A stretch of DNA of 64,000 nt, taken from the NCBI RefSeq assembly GCF_000143415.4, contig NW_003314293.1, positions 1,680,457 to 1,744,456 on the forward strand, given 5' to 3'. The notes beneath the pieces were generated by a model. The model saw nothing but the letters and a program-made list of their open reading frames with translations, was not told where the DNA came from and did no database searches. Every line of letters begins with the position of its first letter. Position 1 is the stretch's first letter. Below are positions 22,860-36,219 of the stretch, piece after piece. The position numbers and the translations under genes are program-made. The stretch is from Selaginella moellendorffii (lineage: Eukaryota > Plantae > Lycopodiophyta).

Positions 22860-24800
22860 ACTTTTTGATTGTCACCTTTGTTTCAATTGTGAATCATTTA
22901 AATCTATGGTTTGTTTTTGGGTGGATTTCAATTGTCAAGGATATAGAGGCTGCTTCTCATGCTAACAAGTTTGAAGTTAAAGATTGTTTGAGATTGTTGT
23001 GATGTGATATTTACAGATCTTTTGAGATTGTGAGTTGGAGAATTGTGAGAGTTGATAAATCATGGCTAAAGAGTGATGTGGCATTTATAGATCTTTTAAG
23101 ATTATGACTAAGCTAGTATGAACTTAATGTTTACAGATCTTTGAGATTGTGAACTGTGAAATATGCCTACGTAGAGAACTACAACTGAGGAATGATTGTG
23201 ATGTTGTGATAAGACAAATTGCATATAGCTATGATGCTTGAGTGTGCATATATGTAAGGATTTGAGTGATATTGATGCTAAAAAGGATAGTTCATGCAAT
23301 TTTCATTGAGATGAATATGATGCTAGAGTTGAGCATGCTAATGCCACCATGGACATTTGAGATCTATAAGGGAAGAGTAGCCTTACCACTCCAAGGAATG
23401 ACAATTGCATTAGTTGTTTTGGCCCTACTCAAGAGTCCAGAGATGCTTTTGAACATACTAGGTTTTAGAAGCTCAAGCATATGCTCTATTTGTTGAGGAG
23501 AGTGCATGTCCTACCAAGATCAAGTATCCATCTTACCAACTGGGTGATAATTTTGATAGTGGCATGGGAGTGTGCTGCCAGGTGACCAAGAGAGAAAGGA
23601 TCAATGCCTTTTGTACTAGTTCATCAATTATTCATTATTGGAGATCCTAAGGATATATGCTGTTAGACACCATATAGACAAAAAAGTACATGAAGGGAGA
23701 GATTGTGCAACAGTATTGGACAACACTGCACCATGCCTATATCACCACTGATATAGATAAAGTTGAGAGATTAAGCAAGTTTTCTACTGTGGTTTTCTAG
23801 ATGAGCTAAATATGCATATCTTTGATCAAAACTTGTGGACAAATTGAAGATGCACTTAAGGAATGGAAGCCTTAGACGCAAGTTGCCCATATTGCACACT
23901 TGGAGATGGCTGATGATTGTGGCTGCTCAAATCAGTCATAATTCAAAACTACCAAATTTGAGTAGGAAGACGTCTATGGGGCCAATAGAGGGGAGAGTTA
24001 TAACTAAAATGGAGGCTGGTCTCAAAGAAATCCCACAGTGGTAGTGATAAGTATTGCTACAGGGATGACTCATATACATGGAACCACAAGGATGAGGGGC
24101 TTTACAAACTAACATGCTTTACCTATGGTGAGAAGGGTCACATTTAAAAAGATTGCACAATGTTATTTGATCTAAAGAAGGAATATGAGGAGTTACTTAG
24201 GCATGCCAATTCTAAGTCTTTAGACTGAAGGTTGTGTTCAGGCAGGGGTTAGATGCAAACTTGGTCAAAAACCTTTAATTACACATTGTGGAGGTCAATT
24301 GTTTATTTTCTACCATTGCCAGATATAGAAGTGGAAGTGACAATCATAGTGTGGCTGATGATGCAAGATTAGTTAAAGGTGGTGGCAATTGTGAACATGG
24401 GCTGTGACATCATGACAGTACCCAAGTCTTAGGTGTGAAAGGTAGGAGCTATGGTGCCATGCACCCATGGCCAATGATGAACTTTATACCCCAAATGGTA
24501 TAACCAAGCTCTTTTTGAGAGTTGGCGAGGCAGAAGCTATGGTCTCATATTTGGTCACTAAGTGTGGCTCTATTGGGCATGAATCAGTGTCTTCATCAAC
24601 AGAAGTAGAGGATTGTTATTTGTAGATGGAAGGAAGCTAGTTAGTATCATGGAAGCTATCCCTTTCAAAACATTACTTGTGAGAATAAACTATCTCACAA
24701 ATTCAAGGGAGAGCATACCAATGCATTTCCCTGTGTGGTTGAGTTTAACGAGTTCTTGCCAATTGAGGATGGGTTACAGAGCTTGAGAAAGGTATATTTA
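22860..24800 (+). mobile_element. Decayed LTR-retrotransposon gag/protease relic
   Basis: Degenerate zinc knuckle TCFTYGEKGHI*KDC near 24112-24160 and a protease-like segment VAIVNMGCD near 24380. Short TTTACAGATCTTTGAGATTGTG repeats at about 23010-23150. Confidence 0.55.
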
Positions 24801-27800
24801 TTGCTATATGAATTATTTACCAAAAAAGGAGTTGACTAAAGAATATTTTGTTGGAATATATATACTGCTTAAAGAATATTTTGATTTTTTATTGCCTTTT
24901 CTTCAAATATAATATGAATATTGGTATGTAATAAATTAAATTTAAAAATATTTTGTCATTCTAACTATATATTAAATAATATAACTATACCTTATGTTGT
25001 AACTATAAAATATTATACAATATTAGATATTATTAAAACTATAACAAATTATATCTCAATCCACAAAAAATCTATACTTCTTCTTTTTTCTTTTTCTTTT
25101 CTTATCTTTTGCATGATCATTAACAAGCTTCAACATAAAAGCTAACTTCTTCTTAATATGCATCTTATAATGCTCTAGATGCCTCGCCATAAACTTAGTC
25201 ACAACCTTTACATTGGGTGGTATATCATAAAGAGTTTTCTTCATAATAATACATTGGAACCATTGCATGATGCTGGAAATACAATCTAATCCAAAGGTAT
25301 TGCAATCATTTCATCAATAGTAACTAAGAAAGCCCTTGTGCCAATGAAGAAATCAAGATACAACCACCTTCATAACAAATGTGTCATACAACCATGTTTG
25401 TCAAAGCTTCTAACTTTTCTAATATTAAAGGTGTTTTCTTGTTTAAAAAGAAATGACTTACTATACTTTGCATTCAATGTCATATATAGCAATGTTAGCA
25501 TATTCATAATGAAAGAGATTAGACAAAAAGTTCAAAGGTAAAGCCACTTTTTCCCTACTTCTATTCTTTTATAGAATAGTTTTGATTTATACTGCAAAAT
25601 CAATTATTAGCTAAGAAACACAGAAACTTTAAACATACTTACTTCTTACTGCTGATTTGTGACTCTAGTATGTAATATTTAATTAGAACAAAGTGAGCTC
25701 AAAAAAACATTTATGCCATCTCAATTGTGTATAATGTCATCTTGAAAGCTAAACACCAATTAAAAATCCTATATAATTCATATACAAGACTATCATTAGA
25801 ATAAAGTTGGATTAGATTACTTTCATCATATTTCTTCATTAGACCCCTTGGCAACTCTAATGAAGCCAAAGGGAAGTAAAAACTAACCAAATTTAATATG
25901 TAAAGTGAGCATAAAAAAGATTAAAGGAAATTTACACACTCACAGCAAAGGAATTCTAAAAGTGGTAGTATATAAATTTCTTTAACTCCTCAAGAATTAA
26001 TTTATGTTGTTTGAAAGTCTCAATATCTTGAACTATTGGATCTTCACCAGTCTCAAGATTATCAACAAAATCCTTATCAGCATATTTACTATATGTTTTA
26101 TAACTTTCTTGAAGAATGACTTCAGTTAAGTCTTTTATACCCCCATGTTAGACAGCAAAGTGGCCAAATGCCTTTAGTGTTTCATCTGAATTATCGATAT
26201 ATAACTTTTATCTAAGCTTGTGAGAAGGCCTTTTTCATTTCTTCTAAGATTAGTTAGAAAAAACAAAGTTAAAAGGAAAAAAACAAAAAAAGAGAAAGTT
26301 GATGAGCTTATTAAGTGCAATAAAAGCTTTTAGCAGTTGTTGAGTAATATGCCTTCTTTTCTCCTTTTGTGGTTATAGTTTCACTTTGGTAAGCTCATTA
26401 ACATAATCAAATTCTATCAAGAATTCTTCCTTGATGGTCATGAGTTACTTCTTTTTGAACTAATCTTGTGCATATAAGTTTTATATTTTTTGCTCATTTT
26501 TCAACACTATAGCAACAATAAGATCTAGCCACTAAAGATAGCTTTCTCATTTTAAGTTTGTGATTCCAGTACTATTAGGTAGTTTTTTGTCCCCATATAT
26601 GTAGGTAGGTAAAGTAAGGGAAAACCATGGCTTAACAATGGTTGGAATTGCCTTCCATATAAATTTGAAGTACTTAAAATATATAAAAAGTTAAAACTTG
26701 AAAAGTAGAAAGTGATGAAAGTGCTACCTATACTCTATATATTGGCTAGCTTCTTGCATTATTACTTTAGTTGTCATATCCCTTTAATCTTCATCATCAT
26801 TCTTTTTTATCTCAACCTTACTGAACATTAGTGGCTAAATTTGTAGAATGCCAAACTTAAGTTCACACCTTTAATAGTGTTTATACTTTGATTAATCTTT
26901 TCTAGAGAAAGTTCTTCACCCACCTCCTCAACACACCTAATCACTTTTTCCACCATTTTGATATTCATCACTTTTTTTCCTCTATTGAGATTAAAAAGTG
27001 AACAACCTTAAATGATTTACTAATTGCTTTGAACACCTTAAATGTTTTTAATTTGTATAAATTTGGAATTTGTGCAAAATTATCATGTCCAACTTTTCAA
27101 ATATGCACTATTTATATTGTGAATCCTCTATATTGAAGCTTATCACAACATCGAACCATTCCTTTCCAAATTTAAGTGTGAGATATTCATCAATTTTATT
27201 ATCTTCACTGTATGTTTTTGCTTGTTTTTGTACTCCTTTCTAACAGTAGCATCAATGTCAAGACTCATCTTCAATATCTCAAAGTCATTGTTAATGTCAT
27301 ATTAGAGAATAAAAAAAATTTAAAAAACTATTTTAGCAAATTTAAGTACTTTAATAAGATGTTATAGAAATGTATTAAGGGAACTTGGAATAGCTATTAT
27401 ACTTCTTAAATCAGTTTTTCTTAGTTACTATCATGTTAAGTTAGACTTTTCCTTGTCCATAAGCTCGTTTATAATCTTGTTGGTATCTATTTGAAGAATG
27501 TTCCACATAGCCATGATTGTGTGTAGAATAGTCATTTTGACCATTAGATCTTCATATTGTCTATATAAGAAAAAATTATGTCAATAAAGAATCTAAAGAA
27601 AAAATAGGTGTATTTATTCATAGAAGTCAAAATGCATGTCTCTAGATGGAGAAGCACAATGTTTATTTATTTCCAAGAGGAGAAAGGATCATATGGAAAT
27701 TTGAGAAGAGGTAGTGTCTTGGTGTGAGCAGTTATTCTAGCTTAGCAATCCCATTGATAGGGTGTTGAAGATTATACACTGCAAGAAGTGTTAAACTGAT

Positions 27801-28650
27801 GAACCTTTGCAAGTCTGCTGAGCAACTCTATTGCGTGTAACTTGCATTTTAAACCAAGATCTATATGAAGTTAACTCCATAGCATAACAAATCTTCTATA
27901 ATGGATTGCCAATGGTAGTGAAGTCATGGGTTGCAATATATAAAGACAAGCTATTGCAAATGTTCTTTCAAGTGGCAAAAGTGAGGATTAACGACATTAA
28001 GGCTATTGGCAAGGTAGTCAAGGTCTCATGTGCATCAGAATCAGGTGAGGACAAAGAAAAGTAGGCAAAAAATGGTGGAAATTAAATGTGGCTAATTCTC
28101 CCCAAAAGGAAGTCCCTTTAAGAGTTAGGGAAAAGGATGATTACCAGAAGTGGCCATATTTAAAGAATTATTGAGCATGAGGACAATCTGTTAAGAGAAA
28201 TGGGCTTAACTGCCAGTTGGACTTGTACAGCTCGATATAGCAGTATAAAAATGGGTGTATACTCGAGTGAAGTTGGAATGGACAGTTACAATTCATTTGT
28301 GCTGGTAAAACTTTCTAGATGCCCAATTTAATATTTATGACAATTAGAGTGCATTGCATGCAAATTCTGCTATACTCCACCATGAATCTATTTGGCATCC
28401 CTTTTCTGCTTGACTCACCCTGTTCTTGACAGTCATGCCAGAGAGATTGAAGGTAGGGAGATTTCTACCAAATATAGGAACTTGTGGTCTGTCCAGGAAG
28501 AGAGCTGAAACTGATTTGGCAGATAGAACAATAGTGATAGCTTTGAGCAAAGTTGAAATCTTTATAAATTGTTTATTGAGTCAAATACTCTTTGATTATT
28601 TACACCTAATTGGTTGATGATAACCTAATACTACTTTAAACCCAAGGATA
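24800..28650. mobile_element. Very AT-rich degenerate TE-like DNA
   Basis: No long ORFs, strong CpG depletion, composition unlike flanking genes. Family not identified. Confidence 0.3.
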
Positions 28651-28999
28651 CTTAACCCTAACTGATGTTACATATGGACTTCTTAAACCCAAAGACATTT
28701 AACTATAAATATTCTAGCAGGGAATGCAGTTGTAAGGTTGCTGCAAATATCCACCACAAGCCATCACAGGAAGCAAGCAAGCAAGCTGGCACACGAGCAA
28801 GGAATATGAGATGTGCTTCCAAACAGAATTGTATCTTCAAATGTTTTGCCAATACTTTTTCTCGCTGGAAGGCAGTTGCAAACGAGAAGAGAATTTGACC
28901 ATGAGCTGAAAGAGTCGATCTCTTCTTCCAGCGGTGCACTGGGATGGAACACGTTGAGGGAGTGAACTCACTCCCTGGAATCGATCATGCCGTTTTTTT

Positions 29000-30450
29000 T
29001 TTCATATAAAAAAGGTACAGGAAGAAAGAAAGCGAAACTTGCCAAAACGAACATCTTGCTGTTCTTAAGATGAAGAGTGCCACTTGCATTCTTGCTGAGC
29101 ACTTACAGCCGCTCCAAAGTCCTGCAAGAGGCCTGTGTATAGCAAAAGCCAACATCAGGGGTCTTGCAACGATATTTGCTTTCGCCAAGAACAGCGTTCC
29201 AGATACTCTATTCCTCCTAAGGAGTGGTCAGAGCGAGCCTAGAACAGAGAAAGTTTGTTCACAGTGAAGATGTGCAGCTAGGCGTGAGGAGCTTGATTTT
29301 GTACGGATGTGTGAGTTCGTTAGGGCTTCTGGAAAAACAACAATTTCTTGTCCGGACCAAGTGTCTCAAGGGACAGGCGATAAACCACAGCCATTGAATA
29401 TTCATCTGGGCGCCCGCGCACTGCACTAAGTCGTAAAGAAAAACAATCCCTCTCTCCGAAAAGATGACGAGATTGCCCTCGCCATGGGTATAACAATCAG
29501 AAGCAATAAAACTGCACTGCACTTGTTCAAGGATGTCTTCGTAGCGCACTGCTGAGACTGTAACCAAGTCATCAACCCTCCACACGCCATAACCATCACC
29601 TCGTATTGGGTACACTAGCTCGGAGTAGCCACCCGCATACACCCAGCCGCTAGCAAAGTATTGCTGCCCATTGTGCTCCCACAGCCTCATCATGCGCGAA
29701 CAGCGCAAGATCTCTCCTTCCAAGCCCGTTGTAATTCTCAGGCTGCGCACAACTTCCCCGGTGGTCCACTTCGTGCGGCCAAAGTCGTACAATCCTAGGA
29801 TACTAAGGTCGTAGAAGTAACTATCCAAGTCTGGGAATACCGCCGGCGGAGAAAACCTTCCTCCCGGCGCTAAGCTCTATCCCGCGGTGTACTCGTCATG
29901 TTGTAGGCTGGCGAGAATGGGAGCTTGGGGAGTGAAGACCACGCGCGTGTTGCCGAGTTGTAGATGCAGCACCAGTTGGCCCGAGGCATTGGGGGGCGGT
30001 GTAGTGAATTCCGACATTCTTGTCGACAAACATGGCAAAGTCGATCGCTCCCACAAGATACCTTTCTTTGTCCCCCCAATGGAGCGGTGGTACCGGGACA
30101 CTGGATTGCCTACCCCCAGCTGAAACACATCCTCAGAGAGAGCGATCCAGGCCTTGCATGGGCTCCATGGTGATGCATACCAAGCCACCTGCAGATGCAA
30201 CGACTTCAATAACCGATGGAGGCAATGAAAACTCGGAATGGTGGTTTGGCCGTAATGGATTCAAGGCTAAAAAGTGGTGGGTTTCCGAGTCCACAAAGCT
30301 GAGAGAATATCATCTTGATCACCAAAACCTTGTTTGTACTGTCGAAAGAGGGCCAAAAGGAGTCGGCAATGGAGAAAGATTGAACCCTTGCGTAAAGAAC
30401 GGAGCAATAATTTTTCTCTTCATGTCAATTCCCGCGTTAGCATTCGTTTG
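29000..30450 (-). pseudogene. F-box(-associated) family pseudogene
   Basis: Segments VVASAGGLVC, CIYNSATRAWSSLPKLP and LWEHNGQQYFASGWVY lie in different frames. Paralogous to 47820-48295 and 49385-50125, which keep the F-box end (CKSWKCII / SKSWKSII). Confidence 0.6.
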
Positions 30451-30559
30451 GTGTGGGCAGCAGTCGTAAGGCACTGCGGCCAGGTTGATCGGGGTGCGTG
30501 TCCAACGGTCGAGGGCTCTGCTCGTAAGCAGCTTGTTCGAGTTTGGAGGTAGAATATTT

Positions 30560-30705
30560 GAAATGGGAGCTGACTCGAGCTCGGCCGTGAGAAATGCGCT
30601 ACTAATATATAGCGTAGCGGAGAGCTGGAAGACGCAGAGAGATTCCTAGTGAAGATGGATCACAACGGTGTTTGCCTGGTATGGAGGGGTCACAGCCAAC
30701 AACAA
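30560..30705 (+). pseudogene. Duplicated fragment of the PPR gene
   Basis: Matches about 21775-21960 (ATGGGAGCTGACTCGAGCTCGG...GGAGAGCTGGAAGACGCAGAGAGA...GAAGATGGATCACAAC) with indels. Confidence 0.8.
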
Positions 30706-30913
30706 GACGCTTGCATGGCTTGTTTTAGCAGACCAGACTTGCACTAGACCAAATGCCCACTGACTTCATGGGAAAAATCTTCACTTTTGAGCTGGACTTT
30801 GAGCTGCAATTTTGGTATATCCCCTTACATTTGGCCTGTGGTTTTTCACTCATGGAACCTTCACAATCCATGGAAGCAATTCTAAATCGGCACCAATGCT
30901 CATGGCAATACAA

Positions 30914-32327
30914 CTATGTGAGGAAGATTTGACAACCCTCCACGTTGAAATAATTAACATCAATCACAGTTCTCCCAAAATCGCCTGAAACAAAAATAAA
31001 GAGACACAGTGCGGTGAATCTATCAGCTAGGAACGCAAACACACTTACTCTCGTAGATGGTTCTGACCACATCAACCCATTCCGAAACGAGCTCCTTAAA
31101 CACAACGCCACCAGGCTTGGCATCCAAGATGAAGAGCGCACCTGCAACCAGTTCAAGCAAATTTTGCAATCCAAGATGTTAATATATTTGCAGTCCAAGA
31201 GTTACCTGGTGCGAGCCATTTAGTCGAGCATTTGTGGCTGGTACACGACGGCATTGGTGCGAGCCAGACAATGTTTCTTAAGTTCATGCTGCTGTCGTAA
31301 GGAACGCATGATCCTGTCAAATGCTGTAAGGCGCTGCATTGAGGCATTCGCTTACCCGTTTGGCAATAGCCGAGGTTCAAGGCAAAGCTGTTCTTGTCAT
31401 ACTCGGGGTACTCTCGACAATGAAACCTGCAAAGTTACAAACATTCAGTCATGGTGACTAGCGTTTGAGCAGGCAAGCTTACAGAATACCGAGCCTTCCA
31501 GTGCCGTAAGCGGTAAACATGTGGCCATGGAAAAGATCGTAGCGGTTTAAAGAAACGTTAAAACCTGCCAAGGGAGCTAGAGCAACAATTGCTTCAAATA
31601 GGAATGCCATGTACGAGTTGATTTCCTGCAAGCCACACATAGTTAAGAGCGTGCTTTATCTTCAAATGATGGGAGGACACGAACCTGATCAACAAAACGC
31701 TTGGCACAATCGTGCTTGGTAAGCACGCACTTGCTAGCGTTCGAATTCTCAACATCGGGGACCTGACGAAATTTTCAGCTGAAGATTCGAAGGAAAAATA
31801 CCAACTTCTACCTTGTGAAGTGCCGAATCCAGCTCCGCTAGTATAGCGTCAGGCTCCCCAGCCCATTCCACGGATTTCCTGGCTAAGTTCGCAACAGAAG
31901 CCGGAGGTTCCCTTATCAACCTCCACATTCGCTCCTTGGAATCTGGCTTTTCTACTCGAGAAACTCCCGTGGACCGGTATGACGAGCTTCTCAGCGTTGG
32001 TGGAGCTAGAAAGCGAATGGACGACAGAAGCTCCTGAGCTCGAGATTCTGTCACTGATTTTTCCGCCTCACTTCCACCCAGTAAAGCTAACACATCCGCT
32101 GCGCAGCGTCGAGCAATAGTGTCTTCGTCGTCGTTTGAAGGACCCGGTGGAGGCGAGGCAGCCCAAGTAGCGCATTGAGCTGATAGCCATTTGGAGCATC
32201 CAGAATTCGGTAGCCGGAGCTTGTTCTTGGCCTTCCATAGCTGGCTATGGCAAACTGCTGGTGACCAAGCGTAGTGTGGCGAGAGCAAGGCGACTACCAC
32301 CACATACAGCACATGAATACCTCTCAT
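30914..32327 (-). CDS. Conserved-looking plant protein of unknown function with hydrophobic N-terminus, multi-exon
   Basis: GT-AG splicing gives MRGIHVLYVVVVALL...NVSLNRYDLFHGHMF...GILFHCREYP...NLGYCQTGS...MNLRNIVWLAP...DFGRTVIDVNYFN...FLT*. Confidence 0.65.
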
Positions 32328-32460
32328 CCTTTTGAGCGTTCTCCTTCTCCTCTCCTCTAGCCTGCGTGCCAAGAAGTTTTTCAAAAAACAAAAGTAATGT
32401 CCGCTGCTTTTTACCAGGATTTTCTTTCTAGCTCGTTGACCTCGCCCGTCTTGTCATTTT

Positions 32461-34453
32461 CTATTTGGCAGCGCTGTTTGGTACGTGTTCGGGGACCGAA
32501 TCAAGAATCCCCGTTAGCTCTTGCTCGAACGAAAGCTTTGCTCTGTTGCTCTTGCCTCCGACTATAATTGAGCTTCCCTTTTGGAGGGCCCAAATCTGAA
32601 AAAGAAAAAGAACAGAAAACGTGCAATCCGATATGAAAAAGGGAGCTTGAATCAAACCTGAGAGTGAGAGAGATAACTTATGCACGTTGTAAACATGAGT
32701 GCACCAAAACCGGCATAGACAACGGGCACGGCTGGATCCATCTGTAAGAATTTGAAAAGAAAAGCGTAGAACAGGATCAGTTGCTGTAGTTACAATGGTT
32801 CTTACCTTCACTTCAAGGCCTGTGCTGCCAATCATATCGTCCACAACAAGGTTTACACCGTCCACTTCAATCGGCTTCTGCGATCCAACTCGCCTCACAC
32901 CCACAAACTCTCCTTTCTTGTCATACACCACCACAGATTCTAAATCCCGTGCTAAAATAGATCTGCAGAACATACAGCATCATCACGAGATAAACGCTAA
33001 AGGCTCGGAGAACTTACATTCCTTTGGAGTTCAAAACACCTTCGGGAATTAACGTTCCAAAAAGCTTGTTGTCACCTTTTCGCAGCGGAGCCATCGCGAG
33101 GTTGAAAGGCTCAGAATCATCGATTCTCACTAATACTGTCGATATTCCCCAATCAGTCTGGTAAATGGTGGCACCGGCGATTCGTAACGGGTTGTTTACA
33201 CTGATTGTTTTCCTCAGAAGCTCGCCCTCCTTTGCGTCTGTGATAGATAAATCGGAAAAGAATTGTTTCACCTGAAACAACCACAACTCATGCTTTGTTT
33301 CCACTGAAGATTTGGCGTAGCTTACCTGACCATTGGGATACTGCTCGATGTAAAACTTATTGACGTGTATGTTAAGGTCCATGGTCGGAGATGGTGTGGC
33401 CAAGATGCCATTCGGATTTAAACCATCGCCCAGCCTCAAGTCGAGACCCTCTGGAATTGTCACGCTTCCATGATAACCTCCTAAAGCACTAACGAGGCCA
33501 CCTCCCATTATAAGTAGCAACGCGGCATGGACACCAATCGGAGCAAGCCTTCCTGCAAGGCCCTTGAAAGCGTACAAACACGAGCCTTCGGAGAAAACCT
33601 GCACAGGAGTTCTATTACGTGATGAAGCTATATGATTGAACTTTGAGCGCTTACCTCATAGCCATTTCCGGATAGCAAGACACCAAGTTCCCCGAGACTC
33701 GCGTCAGGAAGAGTCTCTGCTGCATCCATTTTCAAAATGCCCGCGGGGTTCTTCATAAATGACCACCTGCATGCAAGATGTTTTAATCAGGAGAAGAGAA
33801 AAGAAAGAAAAAGAGGTGGAAGAACAAAAACCTTCGAGCAACTTTCACCAGTGGGACTTGTCTCGTCGACGTACACGCAACGAGCGAAGCGGCCAGCAAT
33901 GCGAGCAAGCCCAGAAAATATGGAGCCGTGTAGATATGATCAAAGTTGAGCGCAAGTATAACCTTCCAAGAAAAAATCCCCAAGAAAGGATGATCCTCTG
34001 GATAAGCCTTGAAGTAGAACTCCGGAACTCCGCCTTGATCGATCACAGTACCTGGGATAAAGCAGTAGATAGAACTTGAATCTTTACAAGCGAGAAAAAA
34101 ATTCGCGTACCTATGGACGAGAGTGCTGCGATGAGGACGAGCTCGGCAATCGCCAGTTTGAAAGACGAGAGTGAAACTAAGACCTTCTTGAGTAGTTTCC
34201 GCCACAAAGACGATGATTCCACTGCCATTTTCTTCGAATTCTGGGAGATTTCCGACGTGAGAGGAGGTGCCGATGAGACTGAGGGCCGGGAATTCGTGCT
34301 CTTGTTGCCGCGAGCTCCGCCATTGAGAGCAAACCTGACGGTGCGAAGCCGATTAGCGACGACTCTCCTCTGGACGATCTGAGCAGAGCTGCTGAGGCTG
34401 TGAATCACGCAAGAACAATGCGCGCTCGAGCCGATCACCAATGCGGCCTCCAT
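32461..34453 (-). CDS. CCS1: Cytochrome c biogenesis protein CCS1 (ResB family), plastid, multi-exon
   Basis: Transit peptide, SSIGTVIDQG, FDHIYTAPYFL, SLVACTSTRQ, GRLAPIGVHAALLLIM, ISVNNPLR...TIYQTDW, GGKSNRAKLSF. Confidence 0.93.
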
Positions 34454-34660
34454 ATTTCCCTCCTTGCGAGATAAGAGCCCTAGAAGCATTGGCATGGCGA
34501 CATGTGGCAACATCCAGGCCCTCGATCAGCCGCTATTATTATAACCACCGCCAAATCAGTAAACCTTATTGCTATAAGGATATTCTTTGTGAGTGTTCTT
34601 TAGGAAGAACCCTAAAGAGGCGAGAAGGGCGTCCCAGGGGATCGTCCATTCGAATTCAGG

Positions 34661-36219
34661 ATGAGCAATGCAGATCAACCAGATCCTGCTGTGAAAGGTT
34701 CTCCGGTGCTTCTCAATCTCTTCTTTCTTGATCGGTTTGATTGATTAGCTCCGTCGGCGCGCGTTGCGGAGCATCTTGCATCGCTCCCCGAGGATGTGAA
34801 GCAGCGCGTCAATTCGCTTCAAGAGATCCAGGTGAGAGAAGCCTTGCTTTCTTTCGCCCAATGATTTTTTCCTCTCGGACCAGAAAGAGCATGACGAGAT
34901 CGAGGCGAAATTCAAGAAAGAGAGGGAAGAGCTCATCACGAAATATCAAAATCTCTATGCTCCGCTATACGAGAAGGTAAAACGAGATGTCTCTTTCTTT
35001 TCTAACTTTGAATGCTCGCAGCGAGCGAGCATTGTGAATGCTTCTTCAGCAGAGGAAACAAAACCGGACGAAGGTTGGTTTTCTTTACATTTCCCCCTTT
35101 TTCTTTGTGGAATTCATTGACCAGTTAGAGTATGTAGCCGCGAGCAACGGCGTGCCGGAGTTTTGGCTTGGAGCTTTGAAGGCAAACGAGATTGTGGCAG
35201 TCCAGGTTTTGTGTTGTATGCTTCATCATCTTTCTGTAGAATCTAACGGCACATTTTCGTTTCTCCTGTTCTAGATCACTGAAAGAGATCAGGGAGCATT
35301 GAAGTATCTGAAGGATATCAAGTCGTACTACGTGAGCAGTCCGAAAGGCTTTAAGCTGGAGTTCTACTTCGACGAGAATCCTTACTTCACGAACAGTGTC
35401 GTAAGTGTGTTCTTTAATGTGCACGTTCTGTACTGATCTCGACTGTTTCACAGCTGACTAAAGAATACCACATGGAAGAGGATGACGACGAGCCGATTCT
35501 GGAGCGTGCAGTCGGGTACGTGGTTTCATTTCTTTACTATCTTACAATATATTTATTTTTCAGAACCAAAATCGACTGGAAACCCGGGAAGGACCTGACT
35601 GTCAAGCTGATGAAGAAGAAGCCTAAGAAAGGCGCCAAGGACACCACCCCTCAGACAAAGTTGCAGGCATGCGAGACGTTTTTTAACTTTTTCAACCCCC
35701 CTGAAATCCCAGAAAACGAGGAGGAGATTGATCCTGAAGAGGTACGATCTTTTATCATCTCTTCTAAAAGGTGTGCATAACTTCTTTCTTTAGGCCGAGG
35801 AGCTTCAAGATCTCATGGAACAAGACTACGACGTGGGGTAAGAACTATAGTCGGGATCAAAGTTTCGCAACCATGCTAACAACAACCTTAATTTGCAGTG
35901 CCACAATTCGCGACAAGATTGTTCCTCATGCCGTCTCGTGGTTCACCGGCGAGGCAGTGGAATCTGACGATGAGGCGGGAGACGACGAGGATGACGAGGA
36001 TGAGGAAGACGAAGACGAGGACGACGAGGTGACTGACGATGAGGAGGAATTTGATGCTAAGGTACGTCGCTCGGGTTTTTCCCTTCCCTTACTCATTACT
36101 TTAATTCGTTTCCTATTAGGAGGAAGCCAAGCAAACCGTGCCAAAGGTGAGCAGTAATCCTTTTTGATCCTGTCCTTGCTTCTGAACAGTTCCTTGTTTC
36201 TGGTCTTTGGCAGGAGTAG
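34661..36219 (+). CDS. NAP1: Nucleosome assembly protein 1, multi-exon
   Basis: [64 protein letters not shown] and an acidic tail. The last exon is uncertain. Confidence 0.9.

Noticed and set aside
28957-28976. Perfect 9-bp hairpin AGGGAGTGA-AC-TCACTCCCT as a Helitron 3' end
   Set aside because: No CTRR terminus at the expected distance on either strand.
30725-30913. 62-aa ORF as a continuation of the unknown gene
   Set aside because: Lies past the stop at 30914 and has no ATG start; probably 3' UTR.
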